A DNA stretch of 64,000 nucleotides, from positions 28,777-92,776 of the forward strand of contig NIVC01003528.1 in assembly GCA_002269645.1 (NCBI GenBank), read 5' to 3'. Of the stretch, positions 1 through 12,500 are shown piece after piece. The notes below the pieces were generated by a model, which saw only the letters and a program-made list of their open reading frames with translations, was not told the origin of the DNA and did not search any database. The stretch comes from Macrostomum lignano. Lineage: Eukaryota. Both the position numbers and the translations under genes were made by a program. Every line of letters starts with the position of its first letter. The first letter of the stretch is position 1.

Positions 1-2820
1 GGAAGATTCGAGCTTGGGAAGATTCGTACTTGGGGAAGATTCGAGCTTGGAAAGATTCGAGCTTGGAAAGATTTGAGTTTGTGAAGTTTCGAGCTTGGGA
101 AGATTCGAGCTTGGAAAGATTCGAGTTTGGAAAGATTCGAGTTTGTGAAGATTCGAGCTTTGGGAAGATTCGAGTTTGTGAAGATTCGAGCTTCGGGAAG
201 ATTCGAGCTTGGGATGATTCGAGCTTGGAAAGATTCGAGCTTGGGGAAGATTCGAACTTGGAAAGATTCGAGCTTGTGAAGCTTCGAGCTTGTAAAGCTT
301 CGAGCTTGTAAAGCTTCGAACTTGGAAAGATTCGAGCTTGTGAAGATTCGAGCTTGGGAAGATTCGAGCTTGGGAAGATTCGAGCTTGTAAAGCTTCGAG
401 CTTGTGAAGCTTCGAGCTTGTGAAGCTTCGAGCTTGTGAAGCGTCTAGCTTGTGAAGCTTCGAGCTTGTGAAGCTTCGAGCTTGTGAAGCTTCGAGCTTG
501 TGAAGCTTCGAGCTTGGGAAGATTCGAGCTTGGAAAGATTCGAGCTTGGGGAAGATTCGAACTTGTGAAGATTCGAGCTTGGGAAGATTCGAGCTTGGAA
601 AGATTCGAGCTTGTGAAGCTTCGAGCTTGTGAAGCTTCGAGCTTGTGAAGCTTCGAGCTTGTGAAGCTTCGAGCTTAGTGAAGCTTCGAGCTTGTGAAGC
701 TTCGAGCTTGGGGAAGATTCGAGCTTGGAAAGATTCGAGCTTGGAAAGATTTGAGTTTGTGAAGTTTCGAGCTTGGGAAGATTCGAGCTTGGAAAGATTC
801 GAGTTTGTGAAGATTCGAGCTTTGGGAAGATTCGAGTTTGTGAAGATTCGAGCTTCGGGAAGATTCGAGCTTGGGATGATTCGAGCTTGGAAAGATTCGA
901 GCTTGGGGAAGATTCGAACTTGGAAAGATTCGAGCTTGTGAAGCTTCGAGCTTGTAAAGCTTCGAGCTTGTAAAGCTTCGAACTTGGAAAGATTCGAGCT
1001 TGTGAAGATTCGAGCTTGGGAAGATTCGAGCTTGGGAAGATTCGAGCTTGTGAAGCTTCGAGCTTGTGAAGCTTCGAGCTTGTGAAGCTTCGAGCTTGGG
1101 AAGCGTCTAGCTTGGGAAGCTTCGAGCTTGTGAAGCTTCGAGCTTGTGAAGCTTCGAGCTTGTGAAGCTTCGAGCTTGGGAAGATTCGAGCTTGGAAAGA
1201 TTCGAGCTTGGGGAAGATTCGAACTTGTGAAGATTCGAGCTTGGGAAGATTCGAGCTTGGAAAGATTCGAGCTTGTGAAGCTTCGAGCTTGTGAAGCTTC
1301 GAGCTTGTGAAGCTTCGAGCTTAGTGAAGCTTCGAGCTTGTGAAGCTTCGAGCTTGTGAAGCTTCGAGCTTGGGGAAGATTCGAACTTGGGGAAGATTCG
1401 AGCTTGGAAAGATTCGAACTTGGGGAAGATTCGAGCTTGGAAAGATTCGAGCTTGGAAAGATTTGAGTTTGTGAAGTTTCGAGCTTGTGAAGCTTCGAAC
1501 TTGGGAAGATTCGAGCTTGGAAAGATTCGAGCTTGGGGAAGATTCGAACTTGTGAAGATTCGAGCTTGGGAAGATTCGAGCTTGGAAAGATTCGAGCTTG
1601 TGAAGCTTCGAGCTTGTGAAGCTTCAAGCTTGTGAAGCTTCGAGCTTGTGAAGCTTCGAGCTTGTGAAGCTTCGAGCTTAGTGAAGCTTCGAGCTTGTGA
1701 AGCTTCGAGCTTGGGAAGATTCGAACTTGTGAAGATTCGAGCTTGGGAAGATTCGAGCTTGGGAAGATTCGAGCTTGGAAAGATTCGAGCTTGTGAAGCT
1801 TCGAGCTTGTGAAGCTTCGAGCTTGTGAAGCTTCGAGCTTGTGAAGCTTCGAGCTTGTGAAGCTTCGAGCTTGTGAAGCTTCGAGCTTGTGAAGCTTCGA
1901 GCTTAGTGAAGCTTCGAGCTTGTGAAGCTTCGAGCTTGGGAAGATTCGAGCTTGGGAAGATTCGAGCTTGTAAAGCTTCGAGCTTGTGAAGCTTCGAGCT
2001 TGTGGAGCGTCTAGCTTGTGAAGCTTCGAGCTTGTGAAGCTTCGAGCTTGTGAAGTCGAGCTTGGGAAGATTCGAGCTTGGAAAGATTCGAGCTTGGGGA
2101 AGATTCGAACTTGTGAAGATTCGAGCTTGGGAAGATTCGAGCTTGGAAAGATTCGAGCTTGTGAAGCTTCGAGCTTGTGAAGCTTCGAGCTTGTGAAGCT
2201 TCGAGCTTAGTGAAGCTTCGAGCTTGTGAAGCTTCGAGCTTGTGAAGCTTCGAGCTTGGGGAAGATTCGAACTTGGGGAAGATTCGAGCTTGGAAAGATT
2301 CGAACTTAGGGAAGATTCGAGCTTGGAAAGATTCGAGCTTGGAAAGATTCGAGCTTGGAAAGATTTGAGTTTGTGAAGTTTCGAGCTTGGGAAGATTCGA
2401 GCTTGGAAAGATTCGAGCTTGGAAAGATTTGAGTTTGTGAAGTTTCGAGCTTGGGAAGATTCGAGCTTGGAAAGATTCGAGCTTGGGGAAGATTCGAGCT
2501 TGGAAAGATTCGAACTTAGGGAAGATTCGAGCTTGGAAAGATTCGAGCTTGGAAAGATTCGAGCTTGGAAAGATTTGAGTTTGTGAAGTTTCGAGCTTGG
2601 GAAGATTCGAGCTTGGAAAGATTCGAGTTTGGAAAGATTCGAGTTTGTGAAGATTCGAGCTTTGGGAAGATTCGAGTTTGTGAAGATTCGAGCTTCGGGA
2701 AGATTCGAGCTTGGGATGATTCGAGCTTGGAAAGATTCGAGTTTGGAAAGATTCGAGTTTGGAAAGATTCGAGTTTGGAAAGATTCGATCTTGTGAATTT
2801 TCGCGCATGTGAAGCTTCAC
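1..2820. repeat. Intronic satellite, ~16-17 bp unit (GAGCTTGKGAAGMTTC) with higher-order duplications
   Basis: Continuous array of gagcttgggaagattc / gagcttgtgaagcttc variants. Identical variant strings recur near 30, 700 and 2565. It lies upstream of the delta-catenin acceptor at 2928. Confidence 0.97.
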
Positions 2821-2928
2821 AAATCTGAAAATAAATCTCGTGCTTGAAAAGTTTCTCTTTTATTAAAAACTGCTATTAAAACATTGATTAATACATTGAT
2901 CATACCAGTGCAATCCGTCCATACGCAG

Positions 2929-4535
2929 GTACTTCGCTGCGCCGTTCGTAACACCGATTTGGACCGGAAATCCATTGAGAACTGCGTCTGTCTGTTGCGC
3001 AATCTGCTCTTCGCCTGCCAAGAGACCGCCGACCCTAACTACCAGCCCGCCGAGTCAATTGCTCCAGCCCAGCTCAATAGCAACTCAAAGTCTGGCAAAA
3101 GTGGCGGCGGCTGTTTTGGCGGCAAAAGCTCTTCTAACGGTGGCCCGTCTTCTAGTAGTAGCAAGAAAAAGCAACAGCCGCAGCAGAAGCCGGCAAGCAA
3201 AGAAGCAACGCCGCAGCAGCCGCTGGCCGGAGGCGGCGGCAGGATCAGCCTGCTATGGCAAGCCGGCACTCTCTCTAGCGTACTGCTGCCAATCATTGCC
3301 AACTGCGCCAATCCCGACACTCTGGAGGCTGCCGCCGGCGCCGTGCAGAACCTGGCCGCCTGCGACTGGCAGCCGTCTGTGGAATTTCGTGCTCAGATTC
3401 GGCGGGACAAAGGCCTGCCTCTGCTTGTTGAACTGCTCAGCTTGGATGCCGATCGGGTTGTGCGGACCGCCGCCACGGCTTTGAGAAATCTGGCTCTGGA
3501 AGCTCAGAGTCTCAAGCTTATTGGTACGATTTTCAATTTATGATCCCTTCCCTGTATTCCAAGCAAGGGTTAAGTAAATCTCCTCAATCTGGATCAGAGA
3601 AATCCAAATCCTCAGTCAAGGATCAGAGAAATCCCAATCCACAGTCTAGGATCAGAGAAATCCCATAGGATCAGAGAAATCCCATAGGATCAGAGAAATC
3701 CCATAGGATCAGAGAAATCCCATAGGATCAGAGAAATCCCATTGGATCAGAGAAATCCCATTGGATCAGAGAAATCCCATAGTATCAGAGAAATCCCATA
3801 GGATCAGAGAAATCCCATAGGATCAGAGAAGTCACATGGGATCAGAGAAATCCCATTGAATCAGAAAAATCCCATAGGATCAGAGAAATCCCAATCCTCG
3901 CGCATACAAACCTAGCTACTACATTTTTGCCAGGCCAATACGCGCTGGAGGCGCTGACATCCCGTCTGCCTAGGCGCAATTCGCCCATAGCCAATAGTCC
4001 GGAGACCTACGCCGCAGTGATAGCGGCTCTCTACGCTGTAGTGAAGACGAGCCCGGTGTATGCCAGACGCCTAGCCGAGCTGGGCGGTCCCAGCGGACTC
4101 ATACTGGTGCGCGATGCGCCCAGTCGTTACGGCCAGAAGTCGTCGGCATTTGCGGCTAGACTGTTGGATTCTATGCAGCAACTGTTAGGCAAAGATGTGC
4201 AATTGTTGTCGCTGCAGAATCGTCAGCAGCAGCAACAGCAGCAGCAGCCGCAGGCCCAGATGGAGCTGCAGCAGCGACAACCATCAGCCGCCGCCCCCGC
4301 CGCCGCCGCTGAGCCGCCACCGGTGGTTCGTCGGCAAGCGTCAACTGAACCGACCTATGCTCAGATTGACCGGCAGAAGAAGATGCAGCAACGAGCTCAA
4401 ATGCCGCCGCCGCAGCAGCAAGAGCAGCAAGAGCAGCAGCCAGAGCCAGATATGCGACAGCATCATTACCAGCATCACCAGCATCATCTGGTTCATAGTC
4501 AGGTTTATGAGCAGGCTGCCGATAGCTGGGTCTGA
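2929..4535 (+). CDS. CTNND2: Delta-catenin / p120-catenin family armadillo protein, last two exons (5' part outside the window)
   Basis: Exons 2929-3523 and 3934-4535 (cag|GTA, G|gtacg, ccag|GC; 1197 nt, in frame). Contains ARM repeats (ENCVCLLRNL, LEAAAGAVQNLAAC, VVRTAATALRNLA), the GCFG...KKK insert loop and the C-terminal DSWV typical of the delta-catenin/ARVCF/p0071 group. The symbol denotes the family. Confidence 0.9.
3590..3897. repeat. Intronic minisatellite, 19-bp unit GGATCAGAGAAATCCCATA
   Basis: Tandem copies fill most of intron 3524-3933. Confidence 0.95.
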
Positions 4536-5209
4536 GTGAGTGTGCTTATTTTATCTTAGTACAACAGCGGCCAAAAAAAGTAAAACAGGTTCTGTTCCTC
4601 TTTTTATATCTTGATTTTTCATTATGAATTATTTGTAAGGCTGTGTATCCAATGTAATTCAATCTGTCTGTTGCCAAACAGGCGTTACCTGCCCGGAGTT
4701 AATGATCCAAAATGTTACGGCTGTTTGCACCATTGTACGAGTATATTTTGTATAAACTCGTAAATCGTTTTGCTGTGCCTTATAATAATGAAAAATTCAT
4801 TTATTTTTTTATGTGTCCAATGTGTCAGTTTGATTCTTATTGTTCTAATCATATTGCTAAATTCTTTGTAAATACTCGTATATTCATTGATTGCATTGTC
4901 ATATATTCAATTTTAGCGCTGGCTCGCGTGAACATATTTATCTGTACATATATATAGTTGGTATTGGCTCTATATACGAAAATTTGATTCAGTGTGCGCA
5001 CTATTGTAGCGGCAGCTTAGTGATCACTCGACTGATAATTTGAGTCTTTAAATTGACCAATTCGACTTTACCTGATTGATCAACGATGGTTTATTTTAAT
5101 CGAACTGGTTTTTATCTTTATTGTTTTGCGTTGTCTTTTATCTATCCTGGTTTTTGCTTTCTTTTGCTTCTCGAAGAAATCAGAGCGTGTAAAAAGTAAA
5201 TAGGATTTA

Positions 5210-5962
5210 GTGCATCCGCTCCTATCAATCCCAAGGTCATTCTGCCACTCCTCTCAATCCCAAGGTCATTCCGCCACTCCTCTCAATCCCAAGGTCATTC
5301 TGCCACTCCTCTCAATCCCAAGGTCATTCTGCCACTCCTCTCAATCCCAAGGTCATTCCGCCACTCCTCTCAATCCCAAGGTCATTCTGCCACTCCTCTC
5401 AATCCCAAGGTCATTTCACCACTCCTCTCAATCCCAAGATCATTTCACCACTCCTCTCAATCCCAAGGTCATTCCGCCACTCCTCTCAATCCCAAGGTCA
5501 TTTCACCACTCCTCTCAATCCCAAGATCATTTCACCACTCCTCTCAATCCCAAGGTCATTCCGCCACTCCTCTCAATCCCAAGGTCATTCCGTCACTCCT
5601 CTTAATCCCAAGGTCATTCCGCCACTCCTCTTAATCCCAAGGTCATTCCGCCACTCCTCTCACCCAAGGTCATTCCGTCACTCCTCTCAATCCCAAGGTC
5701 ATTCCGTCACTCCTCTCAATCCCAAGGTCATTCCGCCACTCCTCTCACCCAAGGTCATTCCGTCACTCCTCTCAATCCCAAGGTCATTCCGCCACTCCTC
5801 TCAATCCCAAGGTCATTCCGTCACTCCTCTCAATCCCAAGGTCATTCCACCACTCCTCTCACCCAAGGTTATTTCGCCACTCCTCTCACCCAAGGTCATT
5901 CCGTCACTCCTCTCAATCCCAAGGTCATTCATTTCGCCACTCCTCTCAATCCCAAGGTCATT
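5210..5962. repeat. Minisatellite, ~29-bp unit CTCAATCCCAAGGTCATTCCGCCACTCCT
   Basis: About 25 tandem copies between the converging delta-catenin and GH16 genes. Confidence 0.95.
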
Positions 5963-6936
5963 TAGTATCGGCTAACGCACTAAACTTCTGTTACCATATA
6001 CTTGTGAAAAATTTGAGCAGTCTCCAATTGATATTGGGATACTATATTAAAACGCATAATGCTTTTTTAACTCATGTTTCTGAGATATTGGCATTCTAAT
6101 GCTGTTTTTGGCGTACTGCTTCTACCTGCTAATCAAAGCTTCCTGTTATTGTGTTATTTTTATTATAAAATGGAATTTTGCGAAAAAAAACTGTTTTCTT
6201 TACTATTAGATATTAAAGCGAAAGATTTATATCGATATGTATGTTTTGTGATTGCGTACACAGGTTTTTTTGCGTGACGCTTGCGTTAACGCTCTATTGG
6301 AATTTTGTATCTTTTGTCAAATGCATGGCTGCGCGGTGTTTCAATTTTTTGCTAACATAATTCATAATTATTATTATTATTTTTGGCATGTAAAAAATCT
6401 TTAGTCGACCATGTCAGTAGTAGACTATACATTTTATGTAGAAAGACTTTAGGCTAACCTCTAGCGTACTTTCCTGAAATCTAATTGGTTTCATTGTTCA
6501 TTGTTTTTTCAAAATGAACAAATTTAAAATAAGCCGTTAAGCATGAAAATTCTTTAATAATAATTGGATTGCATCCTTATATATATATATACACTCTACA
6601 TTACCTTTGCTTGCACGGCAAACTGTGTGTGAAAAAGTTAATAATTTTTTCTGGTTTCATCGCTTTTTTCTACAAATAAATGATTGTTGCTTCCTTTAAT
6701 TAGTTTTTCACAATAAAAATATTGAAAAAGCCAAAGAGAGCTACTAAGTAGTAGGCAGGTTAGCACAGTCACCACGTAAATTTATAGCTATCTATATATA
6801 TTTATAGAAACATTATTAAGGCTTCATTAATTATTGTACAGTTATTCGCACATTAAAACATTTTTCTTGCTGCTGTCACATAATTAGATTAGCGTGTTGC
6901 TAGCTACTATTAGAAGTAGTTCGCATTGAACCGGTT

Positions 6937-8632
6937 TCAAACTCGCTGGTAGACCCGGATGTAATCCACCTGCATAGCCGTCTGGTCGTTGCCCACTCCG
7001 CCCCAGGTTCGCTCCCAGACGCCGCGTTTCTCCCAGAATTCGCGCATCTGAGTTGGCGATCCCTTCGCCCACGGCTTGGCACCGTTGGCTCCGTTGCTGC
7101 AGCCGTCCGGGAAGAAGTCGCCACCGATGGCCACGTTCAGGATGAGATGGAACGGCTGGTCGAATGGCGCCATCCGGTTGCCGCCGGCCCACAGGTTGTT
7201 GCCCTGGAAGTTGCCGAGCTTCCAGAAGCCGCCAGCGTCTGGCCGGATCGCTCCGATGAACACGTCGTCAACCTTGTAGGCGATGTAGCTGTCTGACCAC
7301 TCCAGCTCGTACTTGTGGAAGGACTCCGTGTAGGGAATGGAATAGTCGTCCTTTGTCCAGGCGGTCAGATCCCAGCGGTTCTGACCCGGGTGAGGTCCCC
7401 AGTGCAAAGTGGATCCCATGTGCTTGTTGCCGATGTGCTTGTTGCCGCAGCTGAAATCGGTGTTGCCGCGAATCTCCACCAGGTCGATCTCGCCAGACAT
7501 TGGCCAGCCGCCGTATTTCCAGTCTGTCGGCAGCATCCAGATGGCTGGCCACAGCCAGTCACCCTTGGGCATCTTGGCCGACACCTCCAGACGACCGTAG
7601 CGGAAGGAGAAAGACTGGGAGGTGCGCATCCTGGCTGACTGCATTGGATTCAGGATGTCCACGCCAGCGGAGATCATGCAGCCACCGTCGATGTTCATAT
7701 CGGGCTGGCAGCCCTGCTCCCAGAGGTTAAGACTGCCTGAAATGTGCGTTTTTTAAAGCAAGCTCAGTTCCCTCATATAGTTGTTTACGCGTGTTCGTGG
7801 TGCGGCATGTTCTAACCGCCAAGGTCTTCTATAGGTTTTTCTGGTCAAGTAGACTGGTATCATGACCGATACATGACATGATGACCGATCCGCACCCTTG
7901 TGTTCGTTATACCTGTGCAGAAAAGATTTATACATGGAAACGAACGACTCTGCTACTTAAAATGCTCTTGACTTGGTCTTTTGGTTTTGGATGCAGGAGT
8001 AGGTTACGCAACGGTCTCAGCACTGTACAAGCTGTATGCTCGTACGCAGGGGCTTGATAGTCTCATAAACTTGGCTACCTTGCTGGATCAGTGGATTAAC
8101 CAAAAAGAGAAGCCTTCTCACCTCTATAAAGAAAGTCGTTGCCGTACTCGCTAGCCGTTGACGATGGCTTGATGTAGAGCTTGCCATTTCGTACGTAGCT
8201 ATTCTTGCGACTGTTTCTGTAGTACTGGAACTCGTGGTTACCGCCGCGCCAGCCGGTGACGAGGTGCTGCCAACGGCGCTCGTCTAGACTGTTGAAGTCC
8301 TCCTGAAAGATGAGCTTCTCGTTGACGGCACAATTGGCCGGGCCGGCGATCCGGTAGCGATTGTTCTCCGGCTTGCTGTTGCCGCTCTTTAGCCAGCAGG
8401 TGAGGCGGCACTGCGGACAGTTCTGGTCAGTTGGCGGCGACCAGGAGAAGAACCTGCAGCCGGGCCTGAGCTGGCAGTGTCGCTGACAGGCCTCGGCCGA
8501 GGCCACTCCAGTGATGGTGCCGGAGTTCAAGTCGTCGCCGGTGTAGTCAAGTCCGTACTCGAGACAGACCCGATGGCCTTCGGCAGCTCCGAAGGCGACT
8601 AGAGCTAGAATAGCTAGGATGCGAGCTGGCAT
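6937..8632 (-). CDS. Secreted PAN/apple-domain + GH16 endo-beta-1,3-glucanase (LGBP/GNBP-like), 436 aa
   Basis: Exons 8632-8122 and 7736-6937 (AGA G|gtgag ... ttcag|GC; 1311 nt). Signal peptide MPARILAILALVAFGAAEG, a PAN domain (C..DYTGDDL..C...C.....C.FF.W..CWLK..GP..C), then a GH16 domain with WPAIWMLP and an intact EIDLVE catalytic motif. Confidence 0.93.
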
Positions 8633-8684
8633 GGTTCTGCTGTTGCTGCCGAATACAGCAGTCTGTGCCGGATTGTGGCTTACC

Positions 8685-8690
8685 TTTATA
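8685..8690 (-). promoter_or_regulatory. Probable TATA box of the PAN-GH16 gene
   Basis: TATAAA on the minus strand about 58 nt upstream of the ATG, similar spacing to the TATA boxes of the two tri-PAN genes. Confidence 0.55.
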
Positions 8691-9289
8691 CCTTTTCTCA
8701 GGGTCGGCAGGTGGGGTTGGAGGGCAAAGTTTGAGTAAGACGTTGCTCCAACGCAATTGATAAGCAGGTGGTTCTCGCAGGTTGTTTTTTCCCAGGTGTC
8801 AGGGCGGACGGTTTTTGGTAATAATGTCACGTTGTAAAATAAATACTGCATTGCATTGCATTCCTGCCCTGATTTGCCAATCGCCCAGCTATGGGGCCAC
8901 TCGGTTCGGTTAGCAAGCACCTGAAGTGAGTACTATGCCATTGCTTAGCGGTGTTTTCCTTTGTTCAGTCCTAGATTAGCTTGGGAAAATTCTTGTATCG
9001 AAGGGGTGTGCTGCAAGGGCAGTCTTATCTGTGCCGTTTGAAATATGGCCTGCTATTGCGTTTTCCAGAAAATATCTTTTAAAAATGGGCGTGTATTACT
9101 GGGTGTGTATTGCGACTGGGCGTGTACTACTGCACTTTTTCTACAACCTTAACCGAGATTTGTTAACGAAAAAACCCAGAAAATCTTTGAAGAGAAATCA
9201 CGCGATCCAGTCTTGTTTGCGAATTTCTGTAAAATTTTAGTGCAGAAGCATCTCATTCGTTTAATCTTAGGTAAAAAGCTCTGCAATTA

Positions 9290-9479
9290 GTTGGTTACTA
9301 CTACTACTGCTGCTAATACTAATACTACTATTACTACTACTATCGCTGCCAGAATAATAATACTACTACTACTAATACCACTACTACTAATACTACTGCT
9401 AATACTAATACTACTACTAATACTACTGCTAATACTAATACTACTACTAATACTACTGCTAATACTAATACTACTACTA

Positions 9480-9534
<55 letters not shown>

Positions 9535-9558
9535 CACTACTACTACTACTGCTGCTAG
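9290..9558. repeat. (TAC/TAA/TGC)n trinucleotide microsatellite
   Basis: tactactaatactact... array just upstream of the acceptor at 9593. Confidence 0.95.
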
Positions 9559-9593
9559 TCATAATGACCTCGAATTTCTCTATAACCCGTCAG

Positions 9594-12500
9594 ATCGGTA
9601 ATTCGCCGCTGCAAACTCGGCGAAAGCGACTTCGCACTGGTGGAAGGCGAGCGGCTTGTCACTTCTGTGGCCAAACTGAGCCGGTCGCCGCCCAGCTACC
9701 TGCTGTCCACCTGTCCCCACCTGCTCGCCCGTCTGCGCGATCGCTGCCGGGCCGGTCACCGAGGCCAAATCGGCGACTGCGTCCTCGTCACCGACCGCCT
9801 GATGTCTCAGCTAGCCGACGCTGCCACTCCGCAGGCCTGCCTAGCCGTGTTCCCCAAGCCCGACCCGACCAAGGCTGCCGAGATTCGACAGCGTCGACTC
9901 GACGCGGTGACCTCCGGTGGACTTCGACTCGACTATTCGGTGCTGTGCTGGCGAGTGTCCGATCCGGCTAATGTTGGCGGCATCGCTAGGCTCAGCTGGT
10001 GCTTGGGGGCCAGGTGAGACTTGGGTAGAGTTGGCGCTTTTTTTCTTAGAATTGGCGCTTTTGTGTTTCTTAGAATAGGTCACATTTGTGTTTCTTAGAA
10101 TAGTTCACATTTGTGTTTCTAAGAATTAGCGCCTTTGTGTTTCTTAAAATTAGCACTTGTGTTTCTTAGAATTTGCACCTTTGTGTTTCTGAGAATTGGC
10201 ACCTTTGTGATTCATAAAATTTGTACCTTGGTGTTTCTGAGGATTGACATTTTTGTGTTTCTAAGAATTGGCGCGTTTTGTGTTTCCTAAAATTGGCATT
10301 TTTTCTTTCTTAGAATGGTCACCTTTGTGTTTCTTGGAATAGAAAATAGCACCTTGACTTTATCAGACACTGCACCTTTTCTGTATTAGAAATTTCACCT
10401 TGCCATACCATACTTCGGGTGTGTCATAAGTAATGTCACTGATGTGAAAACAGACGAACTTGCAATCGCAGATGAAGAAAACTGTACCACTCAACAACAT
10501 AGAGTCCCCCAATATCAATCACCCTCTGGCAGTGCTCATACAGCTTGTCCACCTCAGCCTGCAGGTGTTTTTCCTCCAACTGCCATAACCAGTGCAACGC
10601 GGCCTGTTTTACCTCTTCATGGTTTGCGAAACTCTTCTTGGAAAAGTCAGCCTTCAGCCATTTGAACAGGAATCTCTTGCACAAGTTGAAGTCCGGGCTG
10701 TAGGGACTGTCAGAGCATATTCACTCGCCATGCAGGCAGAAAATTCGAAAAAGCCGTACAGGTGTGCGGCCGTGCGGTGTCCATCTGCCACAGAACCTCG
10801 TCCAGGTGACATGGATTTGACCGGAGATTGCGCCAGAGGTCTCCAGTGTGCCGGATAAAGTCGATAAAATACTGGCCATCGACTTTGGTGTTCGGTGGAG
10901 TTGTGCAGATGGAGACTCGTTCATTTGGCGTGAAGGCTACCAGCAGCATGGTCTTCTTGTCCAAGATGGACTTCCTAGTCACAGTCGCCCTGGAGTCCCC
11001 AGCTCCCAGCCAGCAGCGATTGTCTGCCTTGCTGCCCTTGCCATCCAGGTGGAGCCAGCTTTCATCCTCAGCAACCAGGCAGTTTAGGATGTCATTCAAG
11101 CCCCGCCTGCTGAACACCTTGCGGATCTGCTTGATGCAGGCGTCTTGTCGAGATTCATGGTGATTTTTGTTCGCTGCATAGACGATTTTTCATCGCGTTG
11201 CACTTGCTAAATCTGCTTGGCGTATTCTTGCGATAGCTTGGGCCATAAACAACCTGAGCACGTCTCAAATGCACTGGTATTGCTTCACTAAGTATACTTT
11301 GCAGCTACGCTACCCACAAGTCCATGTGCCTACATATTTTAGACAGAAGCCTGCAGTGACATTACTTATGACACACCCGAAGTAGAATTTACTCGTAAAT
11401 ACTTTTTAGACCATGTCGGCCGAAATTTGGTAAACTTGCCTTGGCCGCGTCTTGCCCTAGTCTATGGGCCATAGACTGCAAAAGACCATGAATAATTCAT
11501 CCATGGTTAAGACTCCGTGGGTCGAAGGCTCAAGGGGTTTACGAAAAATACACCCGCATCTCTATGCTGCATCTCTCTTAAATTTCTGCGTTTGTAGCGA
11601 TAAAACTACAAACCCGCAAATTTATACGTTAAGGATAAGTGCGATTTCCGGGGTGTCAGTAGTTTTGCGGGTTATGCTATGAAGTTATGTGAAGGATTTA
11701 GAATAGAAATATTAGGGTCGTGGGGCCAGAGCCCCTACAATCTTCACCATAGGCAATTTTCATCATCAAGGAGATCATTGCTCGATTCATTGATTCCTTG
11801 GCTCCTCAGCTTAAACACAATACGATTTGATTTGCCTAACGATACAACTGCTGGTCCTTAGATCCCTCGGTAGGTTTTTTCGAAAAAATACACTACGGAG
11901 CTCGGAAGTGTTCATTTTTCATGGAGAATGATAACAGCATATCAAAAGATGAACACAAGGTCTGCCTCCTATCGAAAGCAATAACAATTTTTATGCTGAA
12001 AGATAAAAACTTCCTAGTATCTGCCGTAGTGTATTTTTCGGAAAGACCTGCCTCCTAAAATATTCTAAGAAACGAGGTTTTTCCGTCTTTCTACTTGAGT
12101 AGTCTTTGTATCAAATATTTGTACCAACACGTGGATACAGTTTCGCTAACCTGCACACGCCGCAGGCGCCTCCTGATGACCCCGGGCAGCGCCAATCCAT
12201 GGCTGCCCAAAGCCATCCGCGCCGGCGCTGGCGCCCATTTCGACCTGCCAATCGTGTCGAACTGCGCAGAGTTCTCCGACGCCTCGCAGCTGTTGTCGGC
12301 ATTCAGCCGGATTCTGGTCGCTTGCTCGGCCAGACCCAAGGACTCGCTGTTGCTGACCGGGAGCCGTGAGCTTGCCGATACGCTCCGACAGGATGCCGGC
12401 TCGTCCATCTGCCTGTTGCTTGGCTCAGAAGCCAACGGGCTGCCCGACGAGCTGATGAAGAGTCTAAATGAGGCTGCACCCGAACGGGTCACAATGCTGC

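Noticed and set aside
30-2828. ORFs in the first satellite and in other minisatellites (23764-24739, 25978-26625, 27049-28019, 42637-43777, 52055-52568)
   Set aside because: They are stop-free frames of tandem repeats with periodic, non-protein-like translations.
6937-8330. Recent bacterial horizontal transfer of the GH16 domain
   Set aside because: The gene has a spliceosomal intron and the motif spacing of invertebrate LGBP-type GH16 proteins. Nothing visible requires recent transfer.
9287-9971. Poly-Leu/Val/Ser ORFs suggesting membrane proteins (also 33883-34555)
   Set aside because: They derive from (TAC)n microsatellites.
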